Assembly: GCA_021791995.1 (NCBI GenBank)
Contig: JAJYVN010000001.1
Span: 1-48,758 of the forward strand
DNA length: 48,758 nucleotides
Direction of reading: 5' to 3'
DNA from: Bacillota bacterium
GTDB taxonomy: Bacteria > Bacillota > Sulfobacillia > RBS10-35 > JAJYVN01
The position numbers were made by a program, and so were the translations under genes. The notes under the pieces are model-generated. The model made no database searches. It worked only from the letters and a program-made list of their open reading frames with translations, and was not told where the DNA came from. Below, in pieces: positions 48,208 through 48,758 of the stretch (its first letter is position 1; every line of letters starts with the position of its first letter).

Positions 48208-48252
48208 GCGCCCCCCTCCCTGGCGGAAGGGGGGCGCTCTTGCTTGGTTTTG
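48208..48252 (+). terminator. Terminator ending the tad gene run
   Basis: GCGCCCCCCT/AGGGGGGCGC stem + TCTTGCTTGGTTTTG. Confidence 0.7.
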
Positions 48253-48758
48253 CTCAGCCCTACTCGTGACAGGGGGATGAGACGATGGCCCACGGTCCTG
48301 CCGGGCTCGACGGGTCCCGCGTCCTGCATGCCGTGTTCGAACGCGAGGTGCTGGTGGCGATGAGTCTACAGCCGATGATGGCGGTTGCCACCGGCCTTGG
48401 CGGCGCATGAGGCCCTCTTCCGCATTCCACGTGGCGCCGGCGTGCAGCCGCCAGTGCCGTGGGAGAAGGCCGGGAGGGGCTGGTTCTAGACGACCTCAAG
48501 GACCGGTGGCCGCCACCTGCACCGAGGCCTTGGGCGTGGATGGCCTGCTGTCCGTCAAGGCTCAGCAGCTCAGCGGCATCGCCGTGCGGTGGCGCCAGGT
48601 GCCACGCGCCGTCGTGGGCGTCGCCGAGGTGGCCAGGGTCACGGAGGCTGCCGTTCGGGCCATTAGGGCTGCCACAATACCGTTCGCCGTTGACAATCTG
48701 AGCGCGGGGCACGCGAACGCGCGAGAGCTCGTCGCTCTCGGCCCTGGCGACGTGAAGT

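Larger units (their letters stand above)
1..48252 (+). mobile_element. Part of a conjugative element (ICE/plasmid) transfer region: T4SS + Tad pilus backbone with inserted cargo; element ends not in window
   Basis: Co-oriented virB6-prgI-virB4 followed by tad genes; cargo, IS and defence genes lie between backbone genes. Confidence 0.75.

Noticed and set aside
48260..48758. ORFs at the right edge
   Set aside because: No recognisable product and context cut off by the window end

Overview
This window looks like part of a high-GC conjugative element (ICE or plasmid), probably from a Bacillota host, judged from an AbrB-type and a SigI-type gene. The + strand backbone joins a Gram-positive-type T4SS core (VirB6/TrbL-like, PrgI-like, VirB4) directly to a Tad/Flp pilus system: CpaE, CpaF, TadB, TadC, pilin, A24 peptidase, TadG-like, CpaB, a giant TadE-Ig-repeat adhesin and a large beta-propeller-like secreted protein. 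An ICMT-family methyltransferase is translationally coupled to the peptidase, and the pilins lack the usual Glu+5. Cargo splits the backbone three times, always between genes. (1) About 9.7-22.2 kb: sigI pseudogene, two-component system, DHFR-like gene, ABC permease, CPBP protease, one intact and one truncated IS1634. (2) About 23.1-24.0 kb: a MerR/thioredoxin-like pair. (3) About 26.0-38.8 kb: a defence island with CapH/CapP-like regulators, a Ubl-E2-JAB-E1 operon with Bub-like Tyr/Ser signatures, an AbrB-PD-(D/E)XK fusion, type III R-M, and a helicase-nuclease. No relaxase, coupling protein, integrase, RNA gene or CRISPR array was seen. All family calls are from motif recognition by eye, not database searches.
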